Made by a program: the position numbers and the translations under genes. 64,000 bases of DNA from the NCBI GenBank assembly GCA_963698625.1, contig CAVORK010000003.1, positions 411,317-475,316 of the forward strand, given 5' to 3'. This document shows positions 35,701 through 46,700 of the stretch, piece after piece. Numbering within the stretch: the first letter of the stretch is position 1; each line of letters begins with the position of its first letter. The notes below the pieces were generated by a model. That model saw nothing but the letters and a program-made list of their open reading frames with translations, was not told the origin of the DNA and made no database searches. This DNA comes from an uncultured Solirubrobacterales bacterium. Its GTDB lineage: Bacteria > Actinomycetota > Thermoleophilia > Solirubrobacterales > 70-9.

Positions 35701-38700
35701 CACAATCGCCGTCACCAACAACGGTCCCGACGCAACCACCGGTCAGGTCACAGTCACCGACACCCTGCCGGCCGGCCTGACCGCAACCGCGATCACCGGA
35801 ACCGGCTGGAGCTGCACGCTCGGAACACTCACCTGCACCCGCTCGGACTCCCTGGCCAACGGCGCCAGCTACCCGGACATCACGATGACCGTCAACGTCG
35901 CAGCCAACGCTCCGTCGAGCGTCATCAACTCCGCGACGGTCTCCGGCGGCGGCGACCCGACCCCGGCCACCGATAACGATCCGACCACGGTGATCGACCC
36001 GGCCACCCCGAACCTGACGATCAACAAGTCCCACACCGGCAACTTCCGCCAGGGCCAGACCGGCGCCACCTACACGCTGGCGGTGACCAACAACGGCCCG
36101 CCCGCCACCACCGGCACCGTCACCGTCACCGACACCCTGCCGGCAGGCCTCACCGCAACCGCGATCAACGGAACCGGCTGGAGCTGCGTCCTCGGCACCC
36201 TGACCTGCACCCGCTCGGACTCCCTGGCCAACGGCGCCAGCTACCCCGACATCACCCTGACCGTCGACGTCGCCAACAACGCACCGGCCAGCCGTCACCA
36301 ACTCCGGCACAGTTACCGGAGGCGGCGATCCGACCCCGGATACCTCCGACGACCCGACCACGGTGCTCTCGACCAACCTGGCGATCAACAAGTCCCATAC
36401 CGGTGACTTCACCCAGGGCCAGACCGGCGCGCACCTACACGCTCTCGGTCACCAACAACGGCCCCGATTCCTCGACCGGACTGGTCACAGTCACCGACAC
36501 CCTGCCGGCCGGCCTCACCGCCACCGCGATCAACGGAACCGGCTGGAACTGCGTGCTCGGCACACTGACCTGCACCCGCTCCGACTCCCTGGCCAACGGC
36601 GCCAGCTACCCGCGACGATCACCCTGACGGTCGACGTCGCCAACAACGCCCCGGCGTCAGTCACCAACTCCGGCACAGTCACCGGCGGCGGAGACCCGAC
36701 CCCGAGCACCGACGACGACCCGACCACGGTCAAGAGCATCAACCTCGCGATCAACAAGTCCCACACCGGTGACTTCACCCAGGGCCAGACCGGTGCGCAC
36801 GTACACGATCACGGTTTCGAACAACGGGCCGGATTCGACTATCGGCCTCGTCACCGTGACCGACACCCTGCCCGCCGGCCTGACCGCCACCGCGATTGGC
36901 GGAACCGGCTGGAGCTGCACGCTGGCCACACTCACCTGCACCCGCTCCAACTCGCTGGGGATCGGCAACAACTACCCGACGATCACCATGACGGTCGATG
37001 TGGCGGCCAACGCTCCGGCATCGATCATCAACACCGCCACAGTCTCCGGCGGCGGCGATCCGACCCCGGCCACCGATGACGATCCGACGACTGTCATTCC
37101 GACAGCACCCGATGTGAACCTCTCGATCGAGAAGTCACACACCGGCAACTTCACCCAGGGCCAGGTCGGAGCCACCTACACGATCCAGGTCACGAACGAC
37201 GGGCCCGACGCCACCACCGGTCTGGTGACGGTGACGGACAACCTGCCCGCCGGCCTGACCGCGACAGCGATCACCGGAACCGGCTGGAACTGCGTGCTCG
37301 CCACCCTGACCTGCACCCGCTCCAACACCCTCGGCGCGGGCAACGACTACCCGCCGATCACCCTGACTGTGAACGTCGCGGCGAACGCACCGGCATCGGT
37401 CATCCAGCGGGCGACCGTCAGCGGAGGCGGCGATCCGACCGACAGCGAAGATGAGGATCCGACCACGATCGTGCCCACCGGCAGCGACGTCAACCTTGCG
37501 ATCGACAAGTCCCACACCGGCAACTTCACCCAGGGCCAGACCGGAGCCACCTACACGATCCAGGTCAGCAACAACGGACCTGACTCGACGAGCCGGTCAG
37601 GTATCGGTCACCGACTCCCTGCCCGCAGGCCTGACCGCAACCGCCATCGGCGGCAAGGGCTGGAGCTGTGCTCTGGCCACCCTGACCTGCACCCGCTCGA
37701 ACACGCTGGGGACCGGCAACAACTACCCGCCGATCACCCTCACGGTTGACGTGGCAGCCGATGCCCCGGCATCGGTGGTCAACAGCGCCACCGTCTCCGG
37801 CGGTGGCGATCCGACCCCGGCTACCGATAACGATCCGACCACGATCGAGCCCGAAACGCTGGACGTCAACCTCTCGATCGAGAAGTCACACACCGGCGAC
37901 TTCGCCCAGGGCGAGATCGGCGCGACCTACTCGATCGTCGTTTCCAACGACGGCCCCGACGCAACGGCCGGTCTGGTCACCGTGACCGACACCCTGCCGA
38001 CCGGCTTGACCGCGACGGCGATCACCGGTAGCGGTTGGAACTGTGTGCTCGCCACCCTGACCTGCACCCGTTCGAACACGCTCTCGGTCGGCAACGACTA
38101 CCCGACGATCACGCTGACCGTCGATGTTGCCGCTGACGCACCGGCCTCTGTGGTCCAGCGCGCCACTGTCACCGGTGGCGGCGATCCCGACCCGACCCCG
38201 GTAGACGACCCGACCACGATCATCCCCTCGGACCTCACCGCGGACCTGGCGCTGACGAAGTCGGCACCTGCCACCGCGAAGGTCGGAGACCAGTTCGCCT
38301 ACACGATGGTCGTCGAGAACAAGGGTCCGGCCACGGCGACCGATGTCGAGATCGCCGACCCGCTTCCGACGGGGCTCACCTTCGTCTCTTCGGCTGACTG
38401 CAACGCGGTCATGGTCTGCAACCTCGGATCCATTGCGTCGGGCGACAGCAGGACGGTTGAAGTGACCGTCGAAGCCACCGATGTGACAGCCGGCACGACG
38501 GTCGTCAACACGGCGGTTGTCAACGCCGAGGAGTTCGATCCGAACCCCGACGACAACACTGCCACTGCTGAGACCGACATCGATCCGTTGTCCGATCTCA
38601 AGGTGACCAAGACCGGTCCCGCGTCCATCCAGGCCGGCAGCACAATCGGCTGGGAAATCCTGGTTGAAAACGCCGGTCCGAGCGCGGCCGAGGACGTCGA

Positions 38701-39724
38701 AATGGACGACCCGCTGCCCGCCGGACTGACCAACCCCACGGTCACGACCGAACAGGGAACCTGCGATCTCACCGTCAGCTGCTCACTCGGCACGATCCCG
38801 GCGAACGGTTCGGTGCTCGTCCTCATTGAAGCTGACATCCCGGCCGACGCAGTTGTCGGAAGCACGGTCAGCAACACGGTCACGGTGACTACCACCACTG
38901 ATGACAAGGATCCTGATGACAACACGTCTACTTCGACCACGACTGTGTCGCCGCCCACTCCGGGCAAGGCGGAGATCGCGATCACCAAGAAGCTCAGCAA
39001 CCAGAAGGTCACCCTGGGTGACATCGTCACCTTCAAGCTGACCGCCAGAAACAGCGGCGACGCTGCGGCGAAGAACGTCGTGATCAAGGACACCCTGAGC
39101 TCCAAGCTGAAGTACGTCAGCTCGAAGATCCCGGGCGGCAACTGCTCGGTCCAGGGCGCAACCGTCACCTGCAAGGTGTCGAAGCTGGCCGCCGGCAAGT
39201 CAGTGACCGCGACGATCAAAGCGCGGGCGATCGAGCCTGGGCAGGTGGCCAATACCGGCACAATCCAGGCCGACGACAGCAAGATCACGAAGCGCAAGTC
39301 GACTATCAAGTTCCCGGTCGACAAGGGCCAGACGAAGATCGGCATCGTCAAGACCGCCCTACGCAAGAAGACCAGGGATGGCAGCCGGGTCTCGTTCCGT
39401 ATCGAGATCACCAACCTGACCAACCAGGCAGCTACGGATGTCGAGATCTGCGACATCCTGCCGGGCAAGACCACGATCATCCGGTCCAAGGAAGGACGCA
39501 AGATGTCCGGAGGCAAGCTCTGCTGGACAATCGACTACCTGCCCGGTGGAGCCGTGCGGGGTGCATGGGTGACCCTCAGGGTTGACAACTTCACCTCACT
39601 GGATGAGCTGACCAACATCGGAACGGTCACTGCCGGCAATACGAAGGGCAAGAAGAAGTCGTCGGCAAAGGTGAAGCTGGTCCAGCGGACCAGCTCGGCA
39701 CGAGGCGGCGGTGTCACCGGTTAG
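20710..39724 (+). CDS. giant secreted surface protein B (~6330 aa). Order: signal peptide, head type 1, Kelch-like propeller, DUF11 domains, 35 x 121-aa repeats, 4 DUF11 domains (the last two lysine-rich). About 9 frame breaks in this sequence.
   Basis: The ORF opens at 20692. TTG 20710 gives MKSGNRLVVRFTAFIAVLVAVAAFAFGTQSATA, which is residue-for-residue parallel to the gene A N-terminus. ORF pieces 20692..22776, 22697..28831 (2044 aa), 28776..31154, 31075..35976, 35171..36406, 36363..37079, 36769..37749 and 37451..39724 are contiguous in protein sequence. Indels lie at about 22708, 28781, 31060, 35332, 36292, 36432, 36612 (+2), 36798 and 37592. DUF11-like signatures include ..LSVTKSNNPGPLAILRPGDGIQYTMVVENTGTTPATNATLTDLVPAQV... 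Confidence 0.8.
23435..24216 (+). other. Kelch-like six-bladed beta-propeller region within gene B (the equivalent region in gene A is ~14270-15060)
   Basis: Six ~45-aa repeats of the pattern GGAL.TDG..[IV]YAL.G.G...F..Y.....W. Examples: GGALTTDGTYVYALRGDGKPDMYRYDPGTDAWTTMAPLPQNVKD and GGALTTDGTNIYGLQGNGQTVFWKYTVATDTWSTLPATSAQVKE. Confidence 0.65.
25442..38242 (+). repeat. tandem array of 35 x ~363-bp coding repeats (121-125-aa CX6C unit) inside gene B, with higher-order duplications
   Basis: Unit starts are at 25442, 25805, 26168, 26531, 26894, 27257, 27620, 27983, 28346, 28709, 29082, 29445, 29808, 30171, 30534, 30897, 31261, 31624, 31987, 32359, 32722, 33085, 33448, 33811, 34177, 34540, 34912, 35275, 35639, 36011, 36375, 36741, 37117, 37492 and 37868. 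The array ends where ..DLALTKSAP.. begins at 38243. Confidence 0.9.
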
Positions 39725-40445
39725 CAGGATTCTGAGCGCCGCCCTGGTCCTGTCAGCACTCTGGCTGGGCCCGGTCGGCGTGGCTTCAGCCGGCACCACG
39801 GCCAACTACACGGGCGTGACCGGCAAGAGCTCCTGGTCGGCGCGCATCATGATTCGGACGAAGGCCTGGAGCCGGCCGGGCAACCGGGGTCGTGTCCGGA
39901 CGACCCTGCAGACGCAGTCAACCTGGGCCAAGGGTCCCCAGCACCTTCTGGTTCTGAACTCGGCCCAGGTGAAAGGCAGGACCTGGATCAAGGTCCGCCT
40001 GGCCTCCCGGCCCAACGCCGCTTCGGCCTGGATCCCTGCGAACCGCGCCCGGGTGGTCCGGAATCCGTGGCGGGTTCTGATCTCGAGGGGGGACCGCAAG
40101 GTGACTGTTTTCAAGTCGGGCAAGCCGGTGGTCAGGTTCCGGTCCGTTATCGGTGCCCCTGAGACTCCGACGCCCAAGGGTCTCTTCGCGATCTACGAAA
40201 AGGTGAGGCAGGTGCCTTCAAACGGCTTCCTCGGCCCGTTCGCTCTACACCTGACCGCGCATTCGAACGTGCTCGACAATTACGGGGGAGGCCCCGGGCG
40301 GGTCGCAATCCATGGCCGCGACGGCCTGTCCCTGCTCGACCCGCTCGGCACGGCACGTTCCCACGGCTGCATTCGGGTCAACAACAGCAGGATCAGGTTC
40401 CTGGCGAAGAAGCTGCCACTCGGCACCCCGGTGAGGATCCGCTAG
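39711..40445 (+). CDS. secreted L,D-transpeptidase (YkuD domain) with an N-terminal SH3-like region, overlapping the end of gene B
   Basis: GTG at 39711 with GAGG at 39702-39705. It overlaps the gene B stop (39722-39724) by 14 nt. Signal peptide ..ILSAALVLSALWLGPVGVASA. Catalytic motif ..IHGRDGLSLLDPLGTARSHGCIRVNN.. (the SHGC[IV]R signature of YkuD enzymes). Confidence 0.85.
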   Translation: MSPVSRILSAALVLSALWLGPVGVASAGTTANYTGVTGKSSWSARIMIRTKAWSRPGNRGRVRTTLQTQSTWAKGPQHLLVLNSAQVKGRTWIKVRLASRPNAASAWIPANRARVVRNPWRVLISRGDRKVTVFKSGKPVVRFRSVIGAPETPTPKGLFAIYEKVRQVPSNGFLGPFALHLTAHSNVLDNYGGGPGRVAIHGRDGLSLLDPLGTARSHGCIRVNNSRIRFLAKKLPLGTPVRIR

Positions 40446-40516
40446 GCACTGCCGGAGGGCGGTACTCGGCTGGTCCGCGCAATTGGCCGGATTCCTGCCG
40501 TTTCGTCCGAGTCTTG

Positions 40517-40525
40517 CCGATTCAG
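40517..40525 (+). promoter_or_regulatory. conserved CCGATTCAG motif, copy upstream of gene C
   Basis: Exact 9-mer 213 nt upstream of ATG 40738. It is preceded by GAGTCT (40509-40514, an xAxxxT -10-like hexamer) with the same 2-nt gap seen upstream of gene B. Confidence 0.4.
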
Positions 40526-40737
40526 GGAAAATCCCGTACCTTCACTTGATTGGTGAAAAAGGGAGACGGGTGGGAATTCCGTGAGCACCGGCCTCAACGC
40601 CGGGATGGAATCCGCAAAAACGCCCTGAAGACTGCGAATGCTCACCGAGCAGTCATCCTGGCCCCTGAAGGCTTTCCCACTACTTTCGAGAATCCAAGGG
40701 TAATGTTGAGGTCTTTCGGAAGGTTTTGGCGTCTGTG

Positions 40738-43700
40738 ATGTCCAAAAGGAAAATCTCGGAGAACAAATTGAAGTCCGTCGCCCGTACTGCCATCCGTTTC
40801 GCGCCAGTCATTGCGGTTCTCGCCGCTGGCCTGGCGGCGGCTGCTCCCGCTCAGGCGGATCGTGCTTTCAGCTTGCGTTTCTCGGCTACTGAAGCCGGAA
40901 GCATCGGCGGCATCGCCAACAGCAACATGAGCTGCTCCACGGCCAGTGGCGATTTTGGAGCCAGCACCTGTGTGGATGCCCGCAACGCCGCCGTCACTGA
41001 CTCGGTCGACAGCTCTACCAACTGGCGGAACAACAACGCGCACACGATGACTTACGTCGATGTGGATGGCGTGGCTTCAACCTTCAACTCGTCGTCGGCG
41101 AATCAGTCGCTTCCTGCGGGCTCGACGATTCTCTATGCAGCCCTCTATTGGGGAGGGCACTATGCCGGTGCCACCAGCCCCGCCAATCAGAACATTCGCG
41201 ACCAGGTGAAGTTCAGGGTCCCCGGTGCTACGGGCTATCAGACAGTTACTGCTTCCACTGTTGATGACGGGGTCGGCGGCAATGCCGGGCGGTATCAGGC
41301 ATTCGCCAATGTGACCAGTCTGGTGCAAACGCTGCCGAATTCCGGCAACGGGACATACACCGTCGCCGACATTCAGTCTGCGGTCGGTAGCGACCGCTAC
41401 TCGGGATGGAGCCTGATCGTCTCCTACAAGAACCCCTCCGAGACCGTAAAGAACATGACGATCTATGACGGCCTGGTTTCGATTTCAGGAACGACGACGG
41501 CCGACATTCCGATTTCCGGCTTCCTCACTCCGCCAGCCGGTCCGGTCAACGCTGAGGTGGGCTTCGTGGCCTGGGAAGGTGACCTGGCCCTGATCGGTGA
41601 TCGGGCGCAGCTCAATGGTCAGTTCCTGTCTGACGCGCAGCATCCGTCGAACAACTTCTTCAATTCCAGAATCTCCCAGAACGGAGTCCTGTTCACCGAT
41701 CGAAATCCGTCGTACCCGAATTCACTCGGTATGGATGCGCTCCGTACTCCGGCCCCGGCGGGGTCGGTCACCAACTCGCAGACTTCGGCGACGGTGAGGG
41801 TCCGCAGTGACGGTGATTTCTACCTGCCAGGGGTCATCACTTTCCAGGTCGAGGTCTACTCACCGAAGGTTGACCAGCTGAAGTCGGTGGTCGATGACAA
41901 CGGCGGTGTTGTCGAGCAAGGCGACACCCTTACCTACAAGATCTCCGGCAAGAACAATGGCCTGGACGGCACGGCCAACTTCGTGCTGAGAGACCCGATC
42001 CCGCCGAACACGACTTACGTGCCCGGTTCGATCAACGTGGTCAAGAATACGAATGCTTCCACCGGAGTCCGGACTGACGCGTTCGCTGACGACATCGCCG
42101 AGTTCGACTCTCCCAACAACCGGATCATCGCTCGCCTCGGTGAAGGATCAAATGCCTCAACCGGAGGCAACGTCAAGCCAGGCAATGAATACGAGGTGAC
42201 CTTCAAGGTCAAGGTCAATGGACCGAGTCCGAACCCGGTGGCAAACGACACCGTCCTGACCAATACGGCGACCGCAAGCTTCCTGAGCCAGACGACGTCA
42301 AGCCCGCTGAACACAGCTTCGACGGTGGATGCGACCGTCAAGACTCCGGACTTGACGATCAACAAGTCGCATTCCGGAAACTTCCGCCAGGGCCAGACGG
42401 GCGCCCAGTACTCCCTCGCGGTGACCAACCAGGGCCCGGCCGGCACAAACGGCCAGGTCAGCGTCACCGACAACCTGCCGACCGGCCTGACCGCCACCGC
42501 CATTTCCGGCACCGGCTGGAACTGCGTGCTCGCATCTCTGACCTGCACCCGCTCGGACGTCCTGGCCGCCAACGCCAGCTACCCGCCGATCACGATGACC
42601 GTCAATGTGGCCAACAACGCGCCTGCTTCGGTGATCAACAGCGGAACGGTGAGCGGCGGTGGAGACCCCACCCCGAGCACGGCCAACGATCCGACCACCA
42701 TCCTCAGCACCAACCTGGTCATCGACAAGTCCCATACCGGTGACTTCCGCCAGGGACAGACGGGTGCCACCTACACGCTGGCCGTGACCAACAGCGGCCC
42801 GGACCCGACAACCGGAACCGTCACCGTCACCGACGCCCTGCCCGCAGGCCTCACAGCCACCGCGATCAGCGGAACCGGCTGGAACTGCGTGCTCGCAACT
42901 CTGACCTGCACCCGCTCGGACGTCCTGGCAGCCAACGCCAGCTACCCGCCGATCACGATGACCGTCAATGTGGCCAACAACGCGCCGGCATCGGTGATCA
43001 ACGGCGGAACGGTGAGCGGCGGCGGCGATCCGACCCCGAGCACCGACAACGATCCGACCACGATCAAGTCGATCAATCTCGTGATTGCCAAGAGCCATAC
43101 CGGCAACTTCCGCCAGAGCCAGACCGGCGCCCAGTACACGATCGCGGTCACCAATAGCGGACCCGATCCGACCCAGGGCCAGGTCTCAGTCACCGACACC
43201 CTGCCGACCGGCCTGACCGCCACCGCGATCAGCGGCACCGGCTGGAACTGCACGCTCGCAACCCTGACCTGCACCCGCTCGGACGTCCTGGCCGCCAACG
43301 CGAGTTACCCGAACATCACGATGACCGTGAACGTGGCCAACGACGCGCCGGCCAGCGTCGTCAACTCCGGCACCGTTACCGGCGGTGGAGACCCCACCCC
43401 GAGCACGGCCAACGATCCGACCACGATCCTCAGCACCAACCTGGTCATCGACAAGAGTCATAGCGGCAACTTCACCCAGGGCCAGACCGGGGCTCACGTA
43501 CACACTCTCGGTCACCAACAGCGGCCCCGACGCCTCGACCGGCCTCGTGACCGTGACGGACTCGCTGCCGGCCGGTCTGACCGCCACCGCAATAGGCGGC
43601 ACCGGCTGGAACTGCACCCTTGCCACGCTGACCTGCACCCGAAGCGACGCACTGGCCGCCAACGCCAGCTACCCGAACATCACCCTGACCGTCAACGTCG

Positions 43701-46700
43701 CGAACAACGCACCGGCCAACGTTGTCAACTCCGGAACCGTTACCGGCGGCGGAGACCCAACGCCTTCGACCGATGTCGATCCGACCGACATCGGTACCGA
43801 TGTGAATCTGGTCATCAACAAGTCCCACAGCGGCAACTTCCGCCAGGGCCAGACCGGCGCCCAGTACACGATCGCGGTGACCAACAACGGACCGAGCGCC
43901 ACAACCGGACAGGTCTCGGTCACCGATGCGCTTCCCACCGGGCTGACCGCAACTGCGATCAGCGGCACCGGCTGGAACTGCACCCTCGCCACACTCACCT
44001 GCACCCGTAGTGACGTGCTCGCAGGAAACGCCAGCTACCCGACGATCACGATGACCGTGGACGTGGCCAACGACGCCCCGGGCTCGGTTATCAACTCGGC
44101 CGCGGTCTCCGGCGGCGGAGACCCGACCCCGAGCACCGACAACGACCCGACCACGATCCTTTCGACCAACCTGGTCATCGACAAGGCCCACAGCGGCAAC
44201 TTCCGTCAGGGACAGACCGGCGCCCAGTACACACTCTCGGTCACCAGCAACGGCCCCGATGCCTCGACCGGACAGGTCTCGGTCACCGACGCCCTGCCCG
44301 CAGGGCTGACCGCCACCGCCATCTCAGGCTCTGGCTGGAACTGCGTGTTCGCAACCCTGACCTGCACCCGTTCGGACGTCCTGGCCGCCAACGCCAGCTA
44401 CCCACCGATCACGATGACCGTGAATGTGGCCAACAACGCGCCGGCGTCGGTGATCAACAGCGGAACTGTCTCCGGCGGCGGAGACCCGACCCCGAGCACC
44501 GACAACGACCCGACCACCATCCTTTCGACCAACCTGGTCATCGACAAGAGCCACAGCGGCGACTTCACCCAGGGCCAGACCGGGGCTCAGTACACGCTCG
44601 CGGTCACGAACAATGGCCCCGACCCCACCGTCGGCCAGGTCTCGGTCACCGACAACCTGCCGGCCGGTCTCAGCACAACCGCGATCAGCGGCACCGGCTG
44701 GAACTGCACGCTTGCCACGCTCACCTGCACCCGCTCTGACGTGCTCGCGGCAAACGCCAGCTACCCACCGATCACGCTAACCGTCAACGTCGCCAACAAC
44801 GCGCCGTCGTCAGTCATCAACTCCGGCACGGTCAGCGGAGGCGGAGACCCGACCCCGAGCACAGACGACGATCCGACCACGGTCAAGAGCGATCAACCTC
44901 GCGATCAACAAGTCCCACACCGGCAACTTCACCCAAGGCCAGACAGGTGCGACCTACACCCTGCTGGTGACCAATAGCGGCCCTGATGCCACAAACGCGC
45001 CGGTTGCCGTAACTGATGCCCTGCCCTCCGGCCTGACCGCGACCGACATCGCCGGCCCGGGCTGGAACTGCGTGCTCGCAACTCTGACCTGCACCCGAAG
45101 CGACGCCCTCGCGGCCAACGCCAGCTACCCGAACATCACCCTGACCGTCAACGTCGCCAACAACGCACCGGCGAACGTCATCAACTCCGGCACCGTTACC
45201 GGCGGTGGCGACCCGACGCCCAACACCGATGTCGATCCGACCGACATCGGTACTGACGTCAACCTCGCGATCGACAAGTCCCACAGCGGCAACTTCCGTC
45301 AGGGCCAGACCGGCGCCCAGTACACGATCGTCGGTGACCAACAACGGACCGAGCGCCACAACCGGCCAGGTGTCGGTCACCGACGCCCTGCCCACCGGGC
45401 TGACCGCAACTGCGATCAGCGGCACCGGCTGGAACTGCGTTTTCGCAACACTGACCTGCACCCGCAGTGACGTACTGGCTGCCAACGCGAGCTACCCGCC
45501 GATCACGATGACCGTGAACGTCGCGAACAACGCCCCGGCGTCGCTCGTCAATTCGGCGTCAGTTTCAGGCGGCGATGACCCCACCCCGAGCACGGACGTC
45601 GACCCGACCACGGTCCTGTCAACCAACCTGGTCATCAACAAGTCCCATAGCGGCGACTTCCGCCAGGGCCAGACCGGCGCTACTTACACGCTCTCTGTCA
45701 CCAACAGCGGCCCCGACGCCTCGACCGGACAGGTCACAGTCACCGACTCCCTGCCGTCGGGCCTCACCGCGACCAACATCGACGGCCCGGGCTGGAACTG
45801 CGTACTCGCAACCCTGACCTGCACCCGTTCGGACTCGCTGGCCGCCAACGCCAGCTACCCGCCGATCACCCTGACCGTCAACGTCGCCAACAACGCGCCG
45901 TCGTCAGTCACCAACTCCGGCACGGTCAGCGGAGGCGGCGACCCGACCCCCAACACCGATGACGACCCGACCACGATCCGCTCGATCAACCTCGCGATCA
46001 ACAAGTCCCACACCGGCAACTTCACCCAGGGCCAGAGCGGAGCGAGCTACACGATCTCGGTCACCAACAACGGCCCCGACCCCACCGTCGGCCAGGTCTC
46101 GGTCACCGACAACCTGCCGGCCGGTCTCAGCGCAACCGCAATCAGCGGCAGCGGCTGGAACTGCGTGCTGGCCACGCTCACCTGCACCCGGTCGGACTCG
46201 CTGGTCGCCAATGCCAGCTACCCGCCGGTCATCATCACTGTAGATGTCGCAGGCAACGCCCCGGCATCAGTGGTCAACAGCGCCACCGTCACAGGCGGTG
46301 GAGACCCGACGCCGAACACCGACGACGACCCGACCACGATCGAGGAATCGGTGGCCGACGTCGAGATCACCAAGACCGCCAACCCGACCACCGTCTCCTA
46401 CGGCGACACGGTCACCTACACGCTGAAAGCCAAGAACAACGGTCCCGGCAAGGCCAACAACGTCACCATCACCGACCCGCTGCCGTCCGGCGTCAGCTTC
46501 GTATCCGCCGACGCCCCATGCCTCAACGCTTCGGGCACGGTCACCTGCCAGCTTGGAACGCTCCAGCCCGGCGATGAGGTCACGCTTCAGGTCACGGTCA
46601 AGGTCGACCCGGCGGCGCCGAGCGACCCGAACCTCGAGCACCTGCTCGACGTCCAGAAGGCCGAAGCACAGATCGATCTGAATCCCGGCGAGCAGAAGAC

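Noticed and set aside
25259-36412. Many long minus-strand ORFs across the repeat arrays, for example 31903..34200 (765 aa), 26990..28369 (459 aa), 25259..26554 (431 aa) and 35555..36412, plus dozens of 63-118-aa ORFs recurring every 363 bp.
   Set aside because: They lie antisense to a plus-strand reading frame with clear domain structure. Their translations are periodic low-complexity G/R/V/D-rich strings. They exist only because a GC-rich repeat lacking antisense stop codons is copied many times.
35326-37600. Programmed +1 ribosomal frameshifting as the explanation for the recurrent +1 sites in gene B.
   Set aside because: There is no slippery heptamer or downstream stimulatory structure. 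The sites are too numerous, and identical breaks occur in unrelated housekeeping genes. Consensus error or real indels are simpler explanations.
16302-46356. The regular 363-bp repeat arrays as possible CRISPR arrays or satellite DNA.
   Set aside because: The units are contiguous with no unique spacers, far longer than CRISPR repeats, in frame, and encode a conserved 121-aa domain. No cas genes are present.
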